Source: Crocinitomicaceae bacterium
GTDB lineage: Bacteria; Bacteroidota; Bacteroidia; Flavobacteriales_D; Crocinitomicaceae
NCBI GenBank assembly: GCA_003247185.1
Contig: QKAV01000064.1
Location: 6,015 to 70,014, forward strand
DNA: 64,000 nt
Direction: 5' to 3'
Of the stretch, positions 31,801 through 39,824 are shown piece after piece. The position numbers and the translations under genes were made by a program. Numbering within the stretch: position 1 is the first letter of the stretch; every line of letters begins with the position of its first letter. The notes beneath the pieces are model-generated. The model ran no database searches and was not told where the DNA came from. It was given only the letters and a program-made list of their open reading frames with translations.

Positions 31801-32169
31801 TCCGGGGTTATAGAAGTAATAAAATCCAGGGGTTACATTTGTTTGAATCCCTTGTCCTGCAAGAGTGGTTCCTGTTCCGCTATTATATACGATCGTTCCA
31901 TCGAATGCGGTCGGGAAACTAATTCCATCCAAACTACTGGTAATGAATGTCCAAACAGTCAGATCCGTACGTGGAAAACTCAGTCCTTTCCCTTTATTAT
32001 TAGGCAGACCAACTGTATTCTCGGAAACATCCATGAAAACGTTCTCACCAATCAAAGAGTTACTTACAGTACCATAAACTTTTACCTGTGCTTTTAACTC
32101 ATTCCCCAGAAAGGCAGTGAAAAGCAATGGCAATACTGTTTTACACGTTGTTTGTAAAATTTTTTTCAT
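28825..32169 (-). CDS. Repeat-rich secreted protein (1114 aa), paralog of 32265..36173; conserved N-terminal head, DNGDGT-type repeat stalk, distinct beta-rich C-terminal domain
   Basis: Signal peptide ...ELKAQ. The N-module ends GFYYFYNPG...GQWVRL. There are many 27-31-aa ETL(T/S)(S/T)LV(D/N)NGDGT.TYT(D/N)E(D/N)G units plus 70-aa and 89-aa higher-order repeats. Confidence 0.8.
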   Translation of the reverse strand: MKKILQTTCKTVLPLLFTAFLGNELKAQVKVYGTVSNSLIGENVFMDVSENTVGLPNNKGKGLSFPRTDLTVWTFITSSLDGISFPTAFDGTIVYNSGTGTTLAGQGIQTNVTPGFYYFYNPGATMDITNGQWVRLTPGTVNVVSVDGGNILSLGSDGGAFIDATAITANETLTALVDNGDGTITYLDEDGVATVINMSTIIANNETVTNIADNGDGTFTYTNENGTNQTIDISAMIAANETLTTLVDNGDGTITYLDENGVATVISISTIIANNETLTSLVDNGNGTMTYTDEDGIATIINIANMETLTSLVDNGDGTMTYTDEDGVATVINIVNLETLSTLVNNGNGTYTYTDENGTTTLIDVVSDIYTYGDTLLSNTTFMNSMSDTLVTNQQFLDSLTSIIQTSETLSTLVNNGNGTYTYTDEDGTTTLIDVVSDIYTYGDTLLSNSTFVNSLSDTLVTNQQFLDSLTSIIQTSETLSTLVNNGNGTYTYTDEDGTTTLIDVVSDIYTYGDTLLSNSTFVNSLSDTLVTNQQFLDSLTSIIQSSETLTSLVDNGDGTMTYTDEDGVATIISIANMETLTSLVDNGDGTMTYTDEDGVATVINITNLETTTTLVDNTDGSFTYTNEDGVAVTFTETLSTLVNNGDSTFTYTNEDGISTIIDIAAVETLSTLVNNGDSTFTYTDENGAATLIDFAANETTTTLVDNADGSFTYTNEDGVAVTFTETLSTLVDNGDSTFTYTNEDGISTIIDIAAVETLSTLVNNGDSTFTYTDENGTATLIDFAANETTTTLVDNTDGSFTYTNEDGVAVTFTETLSTLVDNGDSTFTYTNEDGIATIIDIAAVETLSTLVNNGDSTFTYTDENGAATLIDFAANETTTTLVDNGDSTFTYTNEDGVMTTIDISSMETLTIMTQDVATGIITYTDENGVTDSANVVSTDALNSITVGTDGGAYLNLIDTVQYVYSAEYAGAALYADGSNNLGMMTSDNAGSANSWMNYYEWYSSEVTDQDYDVILRFTLPKGFVSWDATSPIVLDYMANTGANVSAELYLESGATPIATIPASASATWSTVTIPNASLSTLGAGQTAVLVLKMTSANNAVVRIGDVTLNYLSK
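29542..30342 (-). repeat. 3 x 267-bp (89-aa) higher-order in-frame tandem repeat
   Basis: The same landmark string (ctcattcgctgcaaaatcgat) recurs at 29539, 29806 and 30073, which gives a 267-nt period. Each unit is 27+31+31 aa (ETTTTLVDN.DGSFTYTNEDGVAVTFT / ETLSTLV.NGDSTFTYTNEDGI.TIIDIAAV / ETLSTLVNNGDSTFTYTDENG.ATLIDFAAN). A partial fourth unit lies at about 29449-29541. Confidence 0.9.
30529..31158 (-). repeat. 3 x 210-bp (70-aa) higher-order in-frame tandem repeat
   Basis: The unit is ETLSTLVNNGNGTYTYTDE.GTTTLIDVVSDIYTYGDTLLSN.TF.NS.SDTLVTNQQFLDSLTSIIQ.S. The string agtgtttcacttgtttgaatgat recurs 210 nt apart (30731 and 30941). One related copy lies near the N-terminus of the 1302-aa paralog. 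Confidence 0.9.
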
Positions 32170-32208
32170 TTTGTTTTTTTTGAAATGTCATAGAATTTTC
32201 CCCTGAAG

Positions 32209-32242
32209 GAACTCCTCTCTTTTTATTGGAAGTGAGGAGTTC
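32209..32242. other. Intergenic stem-loop between the two paralogous repeat-protein genes
   Basis: gaactcctc / gaggagttc form a 9-bp inverted repeat with a 16-nt loop. There is no clear U-tract. Confidence 0.4.
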
Positions 32243-32264
32243 TCCGGGAATTTTCATAAAACTT

Positions 32265-35200
32265 TTACCGTCCTGTAATTCGTACCCAATCGGTTCCGGT
32301 ACTCATAAATTCTGAACCTGTTCTGGAAGCTATAGAAGGGACATTAGACGGATATGTTCCGGGTACAGTACTATTAAAGAATAGTGCAGCACCGGTATCA
32401 TTCGCTAATTTTATCACTCGACCTGGAAAAGATGCTGCCGGAGGTAATGTTAAATTACCATCTACACCCAAATTGGAAAGCACAACAACATAATCTGTAT
32501 TCAGCCATCCTACGGTAACTCCTGATTCTACTCTGTAGCTGTAATAAACTGCTCCATTGCTCTTTTCGAACGTCCCGTCGATTACAAAACGTCCGTTTGC
32601 TCCGGTCGTAAAAGTCAGGTTATTGTCGTTATGTGTTACAACACGAGGGCCGGCAAGTGTACCGTCTGCATTATAGATATTAACTGCTGCGGCTGTTACG
32701 GTAGAAATACCATTCTCGTTGGTGTAAGTATAGGTACCATCTCCGTTATCTACGAAGGTTGAAACCGTTTCATTAAGTGTTACTACAGTACCAGTACCAT
32801 CATTATGAGTAGCTATGGTATGAGCCGTGCCTCCGAGTACTTCTGCGTCTGTATTTACGGCATTTTGAGTAACTACTGATGTTCCTGCTACTGGCACATA
32901 TAATGCTCCGTCAGTTCCTGCTACAACACTATTTCCGGCGTCTGTTGAGATCAGATTTACATTGGCATTGTTTGCGTCTTCATTATTATATACCAACTGA
33001 CCTGCGGAAATACTTAAAGTGGTATTTGTTTCATTGGCAGCTATTGCGGCAGTGTTTAAATAGGCTCCACCGTCTGCTCCGGCGATTATTATATTGCCAG
33101 GAGCGGCACTGATGACATCGGCTGTTTGAGTTGTACCGTTTTCATTGGTATAAGAAATGATACCCGTAACATTACTTTGGGTAAGATTCGTTACGGTTTC
33201 ATTAATAGGAGTAGCACCCCCAACCTCATCATGATAAATACCAATCTGATGCCCTACCATAGTATTTGTAATACCGGTAGTCGTTTCCGGAACAACAATA
33301 TTCGTAAACGCGCCGTTTTCGTCTCTATAGGTTAATGTACTACCTAATATACTCAAAGCAGTTACGGTCTCTTCTATAACCTGAGGAGTACCGTTCTCAT
33401 TCGTATAAGTTGCTATCGTTTTTACACTAGCAGAGGCGTTGTTGTCAGCTACTGATGTAATTGTTTCGTCAATATCGACCGTTGTACCATCTGCTTCTGT
33501 TACTGTTGCAATAAGATGACCAGCAATAACGTTTGAAACAGACATACCATTTGTGTTAATTACGGTTGCTGTTCCCGCTGCATCGGTAAAGGTATATGTA
33601 CCATTTAGGTTATTCACCAATGTTCCTTTGGCATCAAACGTTGTTACTGTTCCGTTTTCTGAAGTATAGGTAAATGTACCATCGCCATTGTCCACAAGAG
33701 TGGTCAATGTTTCATTTCCGCTTACAAGGCTTGCTGCCGATTTTTGATGTAATTGACCTGTAGTTGCATCAGCAACAACAACAACATCAGTTGCTCCTGC
33801 CGCAGGTAAGGTCCTTACTCTAACTGTACCCGCTACGTCTAACTTATCGGTCAGCGCTGCCGATCCTGTTCCAAGACCAACCTCGCCATTCGGCTTCAAC
33901 GTCATCCATATACTGCCCGCATTCCTGAACTGCAATGAGTTATCTGCCGCCTGATTGTATATTCCCCAGTCGGACACCGAGGCTGTAGCTAGAATTTTCA
34001 ATCCGGCCAAGCCTCCTGTCGAAACAAGTTGTAAAGACGTTTGATTGATACCGGAATTAATAACAGCACCTGTATTTGTAGGTATCGTAGTTTGCCCGAT
34101 GGCAACCCGCCCCATGGTATAAATATCTTCTGAATTTAAAGTAGCGGCAGCATTATTATCCGTGCCAAACCAAGGCTCTAAAGAGGTAGTACTGATCGTA
34201 GTAACCGTACCTCCTGCATCAGTAAAGGTATAAGTTCCATTCAGATTATCTACTAAAGTCCCTTTAGCTTCAAAAATGGTTACAGTACCATTTTCTGAAA
34301 TATAGGTAAATGTCCCATTGCCGTTGTCAACCAGCGAAGTCAAAGTCTCCATATTGGCGATGTTGATGATAGTTGCAACACCGTCTTCGTCTGTGTAAGT
34401 CATTGTCCCATCACCGTTGTCCACCAAAGAAGTCAATGTCTCCATGTTCGCGATGTTGATGATCGTTGCCACACCGTCCTCGTCTATGTAAGTCATCGTA
34501 CCATCGCCGTTATCAACCAAAGAAGTCAATGTCTCAAGGTTCGCAACGTTGATGATAGTCGCTACACCATCTTCGTCGGTGTAAGTCATTGTACCATCGC
34601 CATTATCTACGAGTGAAGTCAGTGTTTCCATGTTCGCGATGCTGATTACAGTAGCAATGCCATCTTCGTCCGTGTAAGTCATTGTACCATCACCGTTATC
34701 AACCAAAGAAGTCAATGTCTCCATATTGGCGATGTTGATCACAGTAGTGATCCCGTCTTCGTCTGTGTATGTCATTGTACCGTCACCGTTATCAACCAGC
34801 GAAGTCAATGTCTCCATGTTCGCGATGTTGATGATAGTTGCTACGCCGTCCTCGTCTGTGTAAGTCATAGTACCATCACCGTTATCAACCAGGGAAGTCA
34901 GTGTTTCCATGTTTGCGATGTCGATGATTGTTGTTACACCATCTTCATCTGTATAGGTCATTGTCCCATCACCATTGTCAACCAGAGTAGTTGTTGTTTC
35001 AAGGTTCGCAACGTTGATGATAGTCGCTACGCCATCTTCATCGGTGTATGTCATTGTACCATCGCCATTATCTACGAGTGAAGTCAGTGTTTCCATGTTC
35101 GCGATGTTGATCACAGTAGCTACCCCGTCTTCGTCTGTGTAAGTCATTGTACCATCACCGTTATCAACCAGCGAAGTCAACGTCTCCATGTTCGCGATGT

Positions 35201-36173
35201 TGATCACAGTAGCTACCCCGTCTTCGTCCGTGTAAGTCATAGTACCATCACCGTTATCAACCAAAGAAGTCAATGTCTCCATGTTCGCGATGTTGATGAT
35301 CGTTGCCACACCGTCTTCATCCGTGTAAGTCATTGTACCATCGCCATTATCTACGAGCGAAGTCAGTGTCTCCATGTTGGCGATGTTGATCACAGTAGCT
35401 ACCCCGTCTTCATCGGTATAAGTCATAGTACCATCGCCGTTATCTACGAGCGAAGTCAACGTCTCCATGTTGGCGATGTTGATGATCGTTGCTACCCCGT
35501 CTTCGTCTGTGTACGTCATTGTGCCGTCACCGTTATCTACGAGCGAAGTCAACGTCTCCATGTTTGTGATGTCGATCACGATTGCCACCCCGTTTTCGTC
35601 TGTGTATGTCATTGTACCATCGCCATTGTCCACCAGTGTTGTAAGCGTTTCACTGCTTTGGATGATGTTGGTCAAATTGTTCAGAAACTGTTGATTTGTT
35701 ATCAACGTGTCACTCAGATTGTTTACGAAAGTGGAGTTGGAAAGCAATGTATCACCATAGTTGTAGATATCAGCCACGACATTAATGATCGTAATGGTAC
35801 CATCTTCACTTGTATAGGTGTATGTACCGTTACCATTATCAATCAATGTTGTAAGTGTTTCAGTGTTATTATCACTGGTCAGTAATCGCAACCATTTGGT
35901 ACCGTCCCAGTAGTAATAACCAGGAGTTACATCAGCTGCTGTAGCGGTATTAAAAACCAGCAAACTGGTTTTATCACTACCACTTGCCATGTTTGCAATT
36001 GTAGTTACATCCGTTGTACTCGTTAATGCTACTCTGGGGATCATTATCCCTTTATCGCTAGCAACTACATCCAACTGTGTTGACGGATCTGGGATTGGTG
36101 TCCCGATACCGACCTGAGCATAGGTTGTGCCCCCCAGGAGCACCATACCTAACAGAAAGTAGATTCTTTTCAT
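32265..36173 (-). CDS. Repeat-rich secreted protein (1302 aa): conserved N-terminal head, 14 x 31-aa tandem stalk, fibre-like middle region, distinct C-terminal domain
   Basis: Signal peptide ...TTYAQ. The head is VGIGTPIPDPSTQLDVVASDKGIMIPRVALTS...LLVFNT...GYYYWDGTKWLRL. It has 14 near-identical ETLTSLVDNGDGTMTYTDEDGVATIINIANM units. An internal echo of the N-terminal motif is NGEVGLGTGSAALTDKLDVAGTVRV. I recognise no T9SS CTD. Confidence 0.8.
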   Translation of the reverse strand: MKRIYFLLGMVLLGGTTYAQVGIGTPIPDPSTQLDVVASDKGIMIPRVALTSTTDVTTIANMASGSDKTSLLVFNTATAADVTPGYYYWDGTKWLRLLTSDNNTETLTTLIDNGNGTYTYTSEDGTITIINVVADIYNYGDTLLSNSTFVNNLSDTLITNQQFLNNLTNIIQSSETLTTLVDNGDGTMTYTDENGVAIVIDITNMETLTSLVDNGDGTMTYTDEDGVATIINIANMETLTSLVDNGDGTMTYTDEDGVATVINIANMETLTSLVDNGDGTMTYTDEDGVATIINIANMETLTSLVDNGDGTMTYTDEDGVATVINIANMETLTSLVDNGDGTMTYTDEDGVATVINIANMETLTSLVDNGDGTMTYTDEDGVATIINVANLETTTTLVDNGDGTMTYTDEDGVTTIIDIANMETLTSLVDNGDGTMTYTDEDGVATIINIANMETLTSLVDNGDGTMTYTDEDGITTVINIANMETLTSLVDNGDGTMTYTDEDGIATVISIANMETLTSLVDNGDGTMTYTDEDGVATIINVANLETLTSLVDNGDGTMTYIDEDGVATIINIANMETLTSLVDNGDGTMTYTDEDGVATIINIANMETLTSLVDNGNGTFTYISENGTVTIFEAKGTLVDNLNGTYTFTDAGGTVTTISTTSLEPWFGTDNNAAATLNSEDIYTMGRVAIGQTTIPTNTGAVINSGINQTSLQLVSTGGLAGLKILATASVSDWGIYNQAADNSLQFRNAGSIWMTLKPNGEVGLGTGSAALTDKLDVAGTVRVRTLPAAGATDVVVVADATTGQLHQKSAASLVSGNETLTTLVDNGDGTFTYTSENGTVTTFDAKGTLVNNLNGTYTFTDAAGTATVINTNGMSVSNVIAGHLIATVTEADGTTVDIDETITSVADNNASASVKTIATYTNENGTPQVIEETVTALSILGSTLTYRDENGAFTNIVVPETTTGITNTMVGHQIGIYHDEVGGATPINETVTNLTQSNVTGIISYTNENGTTQTADVISAAPGNIIIAGADGGAYLNTAAIAANETNTTLSISAGQLVYNNEDANNANVNLISTDAGNSVVAGTDGALYVPVAGTSVVTQNAVNTDAEVLGGTAHTIATHNDGTGTVVTLNETVSTFVDNGDGTYTYTNENGISTVTAAAVNIYNADGTLAGPRVVTHNDNNLTFTTGANGRFVIDGTFEKSNGAVYYSYRVESGVTVGWLNTDYVVVLSNLGVDGNLTLPPAASFPGRVIKLANDTGAALFFNSTVPGTYPSNVPSIASRTGSEFMSTGTDWVRITGR
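34350..35651 (-). repeat. 14 x 93-bp in-frame tandem repeat (31-aa units)
   Basis: Codon-exact boundaries were checked: E175 at 35649-35651 and M608 at 34350-34352. Protein units are nearly identical while the DNA copies differ mostly at synonymous sites. Confidence 0.95.
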
Positions 36174-36376
36174 GAGTTAGAAATATTAATATTTAGGTTA
36201 TTTGAACGACTCGGAAAACATGAGGCTTCCCATGTTTGATTCCACGCTTTTAATTCACGTTTTTTTGATCTTTTTTTTAATTCATTGGGAGGGTAACCCA
36301 ATACCCTAATACCGACTTGAGCGTAAGAACTGCTTACCAGTATTTTTGTGCCCACTAGAAAGCTGAATTGTTTCAT
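36170..36376 (-). other. Orphan paralogous 5' gene fragment / 68-codon upstream ORF whose TGA overlaps the ATG of the 1302-aa gene
   Basis: MKQFSFLVGTKILVSSSYAQVGI (36308-36376) parallels MKRIYFLLGMVLLGGTTYAQVGI of the downstream gene. This includes the DNA string TA(C/T)GCTCA(A/G)GTCGGTAT. The sequence then diverges into a basic tail. The stop at 36170-36172 overlaps the ATG at 36171-36173 as ATGA. Confidence 0.45.
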
Positions 36377-37234
36377 TTTTTGGAATTTGGTTGGTTTCAA
36401 AATTTTAACCACCACGACAATAGATGAGAAACAACTCAATGAATCATCAGATGGTTAGTTATATCAGGATGTCCCCCATTTAGGCACTTCAATTTGCACT
36501 TAATCCCATATTTATTGTTCATGGGAAACTGCGGCTAAAAAATGCCTAAAGTGGTTCGCTGTCCATGGTGTAAAGGTGTTGGAAGACATAAGGAATAACA
36601 ATAGTTACGGGACAAACAGGACCTATAAGAGACGGAATGGATTTTAGGTATGTTTAGTATTGAAAAATGTGTTTATGTGGCAATTTTGCACCTTACATGC
36701 TTTTTTTGAGGGATAGAATTCCTGACAATTGTCAGGAATTGGACTATTCTGTATCAGAATAGCATGCTTTGAAAGCAGAAAAGAGAGTGAAAGATTCAGA
36801 TTATTGCCGATTCGGGCACAATAGTTCAATTTCTGTACGGAAATGGTTAAAAAAAGAAGACTTCAATAGATTCTTGAGACAACCTATAGAGTAATCTTCG
36901 GCAACTTTATTTCAGGAAGGATCAATTATAGAGAATAACATGGAAATTACAGGAGGTATTTTGCCAGAGAGTAAAAGATCCGGTAAAGAAAGCGATGTTG
37001 TATAATGAAGTGTAAAGATAGAATCCGGGTGAATATGTATATCCGTGAAGAATATACCTTCAGGGTCGTGTATAAATACGTCCGGCTTTTTGTTTTGATT
37101 TATCAGAACAGGAATATGTAATGTATTCCATACATTTTAGGGATCAGGTTGAAATGGGGAGGAATATATATCGCAGATTGCTTATATCGGTGTAACCCCT
37201 GTTTCAGAAAACAGATGTTTTCAAGGAAATTGAA

Positions 37235-38584
37235 TTATTCTGTTATGATCATTTTTAAAACATGCTCCAATTGAGAATCGGTGATCGAAATAAAATAGGT
37301 GCCTGGTTGGATCCGGTCAGATTGAAATAAAATAACCGAATCAGGTGTCTCAGCATTGAATATCCTTTCAACCACTACTTTTCCTGTGGTGTTTTGAATT
37401 TTAATAGTCGTGTTTCCATGAAAAGCCCCGTTCAGATATAAATCAAAAAAACCATTATTGGGATTTGGAGTAATGATAGGGAATGATTCCTTTTCAGAAC
37501 AGTTAACAGCTGTCCCGCCAGATTCCGTCTCTATACCATTGATATCAACGTCAACTAATTTATAATAGATCGTACCGGTATTATTGGGGAAGTTCATATC
37601 CTTATACTTGTAGTGGAGATCATAACCATCCCCTAAAGCTTTTATAGATGCGATGTTTTCCCACGTGGAATTACCGTCAGTTGTTCTTAGTATATTATAG
37701 CCGGAGGTGTTGTGCTCACTTGCTACATGCCAATCAAGATCGATGTAATCCGATTTACATTCTGCTGAAAAGGATAGGAGTTCAACAGGAACAGGGTAGG
37801 CGCAAATAACGGTAAAATGAAATCCCTGCCCGGTGACACTGTAATCAGATGTAAAATGAACGGTTAGCGGACCGGTACCTGATGTTAATATTCCGATATT
37901 TTGAAAACCGGATCCTTGCCAAATGGGACTCCCCACTATTCCTACACCATCATAGATATAGATAAAGTCGTAATTCTGTTCAGTATTAATGTTGCCTGTT
38001 AAGGTTACGAGTGCACCAGGTGTATCAGGTTGTATGACAAGATATCCATTTGCGAAGTTGGAATAATTTGAAAGGCTGCCGCCATGATCATATACTTCAC
38101 CTGAACATACATTCATTATCTGTCCTCCGGAGTACGGAACTATGAGTGTGTTTTGGCAGGACGAGCTCCAATATAAAGGCGTGCAACTGCCACCGCCCGA
38201 ACAATAAAACCTGGAAAGCAGGATATAGACGTTTCCGGAAAATGTAGCACCCCATGAAATGGTGGATTGCAAACTGCAGTTATCATCATTGTAAGCAAGA
38301 ATTGTTCCTGCGGATGAGGGAGCGGTACTTAAGGTGAGTTGGGTATCAAATATGCTGCTGCCACAGGTTGTCCAGGAATAAGTGTAGCCGGAATCGACAT
38401 GGCAGACTGCGTAGTTTCCGCCTGACATACACCCCGAAATAAGTTGATTGTTGATGTCACACCCAATGGTTTGCAATGAACCCGGGGTCTGCGACAGAAA
38501 GTTTGTGCACTGCGCGAAACCTGAATGAGACAGGCTAACGCACAAAAAGAAGAAAAGGACAGTATCTAAATAATAGATTCTCAT
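37235..38584 (-). CDS. Secreted Cys-rich + CUB-like + Ig/FN3-like protein with T9SS type-A C-terminal sorting domain
   Basis: Signal peptide. The CUB-like segment is YDHGGSLSNYSNFANGYLVIQP...YDFIYIYDG...LTVHFTSDYSVTGQGFHF. The C-terminal tail is IITPNPNNGFFDLYL...GTYFISITDSQ...KMIITE. Confidence 0.75.
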   Translation of the reverse strand: MRIYYLDTVLFFFLCVSLSHSGFAQCTNFLSQTPGSLQTIGCDINNQLISGCMSGGNYAVCHVDSGYTYSWTTCGSSIFDTQLTLSTAPSSAGTILAYNDDNCSLQSTISWGATFSGNVYILLSRFYCSGGGSCTPLYWSSSCQNTLIVPYSGGQIMNVCSGEVYDHGGSLSNYSNFANGYLVIQPDTPGALVTLTGNINTEQNYDFIYIYDGVGIVGSPIWQGSGFQNIGILTSGTGPLTVHFTSDYSVTGQGFHFTVICAYPVPVELLSFSAECKSDYIDLDWHVASEHNTSGYNILRTTDGNSTWENIASIKALGDGYDLHYKYKDMNFPNNTGTIYYKLVDVDINGIETESGGTAVNCSEKESFPIITPNPNNGFFDLYLNGAFHGNTTIKIQNTTGKVVVERIFNAETPDSVILFQSDRIQPGTYFISITDSQLEHVLKMIITE

Positions 38585-38832
38585 ATTTTCAGTGTTAGTT
38601 GGTTACCAATAACCCCGGCCTTCTACTGAAAATTGAACTTTTCTACTTTCCCCATGTTTTTGGGATAGAAGAGTGAAATCATCATCGCAAATTTGCGACA
38701 TGAAATTTTTCTTTTCAGTGTGCGGTCATAGGTATTAACACTCAGAATATTAAGCAACTACCTCGATTTTATCAACACTTTGGGATGTGCAGGAGTGTTG
38801 AGGGATAAGAAGGAGAGAAAAAAGAAATATGG

Positions 38833-39342
38833 CTAATTTTTCACGTCTTTATTACAGACATGGCTTTTAAGTTGTTGGATTTTGGATCTGGATACAGGGA
38901 TTCTGAAACCACCATGAAGCATTACGTGAAATTTTCGGGTGCCACCTTTTGCTTCGATTATATGATTGAGGTTGATAATGAAAGAACGATGACATTTGAT
39001 AAAAAGAAGTTTCGACAGATCAAATTCGTCTTCAAAACTCTTTAATGTTTTCCGCAAAACATGTGTTGCCATTTGGTCTGAGTTGGAAATATAGTGTATA
39101 TGCAAGTAGTTGGCATTGGATTCGATGAAGACAATTTTTTGGGGATCCAGAATAACTGTTTCTTCAGTTTTGTTGTCAGAGGAGATTTTAATACAACCCT
39201 CAATATGGGGAGGTACTGTTGGCTTGTTTTTGATTTTCCTTTTTGTGCGAATTAATGGAAAATGGCTTTGTAGAAACCTGTTTAAAAGAGGTGTGCCTAG
39301 CAGTATGCTAAACATTAATGCTAATGGTTCAATTCTATCCAA
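38833..39342 (-). CDS. Short LytTR-domain protein (169 aa, no receiver, only a vestigial hydrophobic N-terminus)
   Basis: IVFIESNANYLHIHY...KCHRSFIINLNHI...IPVSRSK. It looks N-terminally truncated relative to the two membrane-fused paralogs. Confidence 0.65.
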   Translation of the reverse strand: MDRIEPLALMFSILLGTPLLNRFLQSHFPLIRTKRKIKNKPTVPPHIEGCIKISSDNKTEETVILDPQKIVFIESNANYLHIHYISNSDQMATHVLRKTLKSFEDEFDLSKLLFIKCHRSFIINLNHIIEAKGGTRKFHVMLHGGFRIPVSRSKIQQLKSHVCNKDVKN

Positions 39343-39824
39343 TTTGTTGTTTTTTTAGGAATGGAAGAGAATTCTCATGGCAGATGCTATGATTTCTCGA
39401 TTACGTTGTTGCTAATAAATTTGGATAATTATCTTTTGCAGCGGCCTTGTGCGTGATAAAATGGATTCATACGGGAAGAAATGGAAGCGGTAGTCTTTCG
39501 TAGTTTTAAGGCTGTTTGTATGAAAACAATTGGGACTGAAAAGGTAAGGCAAATATCGATACACTTTCCTTGTGTCGCTATATCCGGAATCGGGTTCGAA
39601 CAAGAATTAATAAAGCGTTTTCCTTAATGTTTTTACATAATATCCCAAAAGACGCCTATTAGTCCCAAATCAAATAATGCGTGCAATATTCAGAGAAATA
39701 GATGCGTAATATTACAAATATCTATGTGGGTTTTTTTCTATAATAGTAGTGGTTAGGTAAGTACAAAAAAAAGTGGATCACATAGATATTCTGCAGATTC
39801 TGTAGGTTTTTTTAATTATCAAGG

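Noticed and set aside
29449-35651. Regularly spaced repeats (93, 210 and 267 bp) as a possible CRISPR array.
   Set aside because: The units are contiguous with no unique spacers. They are multiples of 3 and in frame within long ORFs, and they encode a conserved peptide repeat. No cas genes are in the window.
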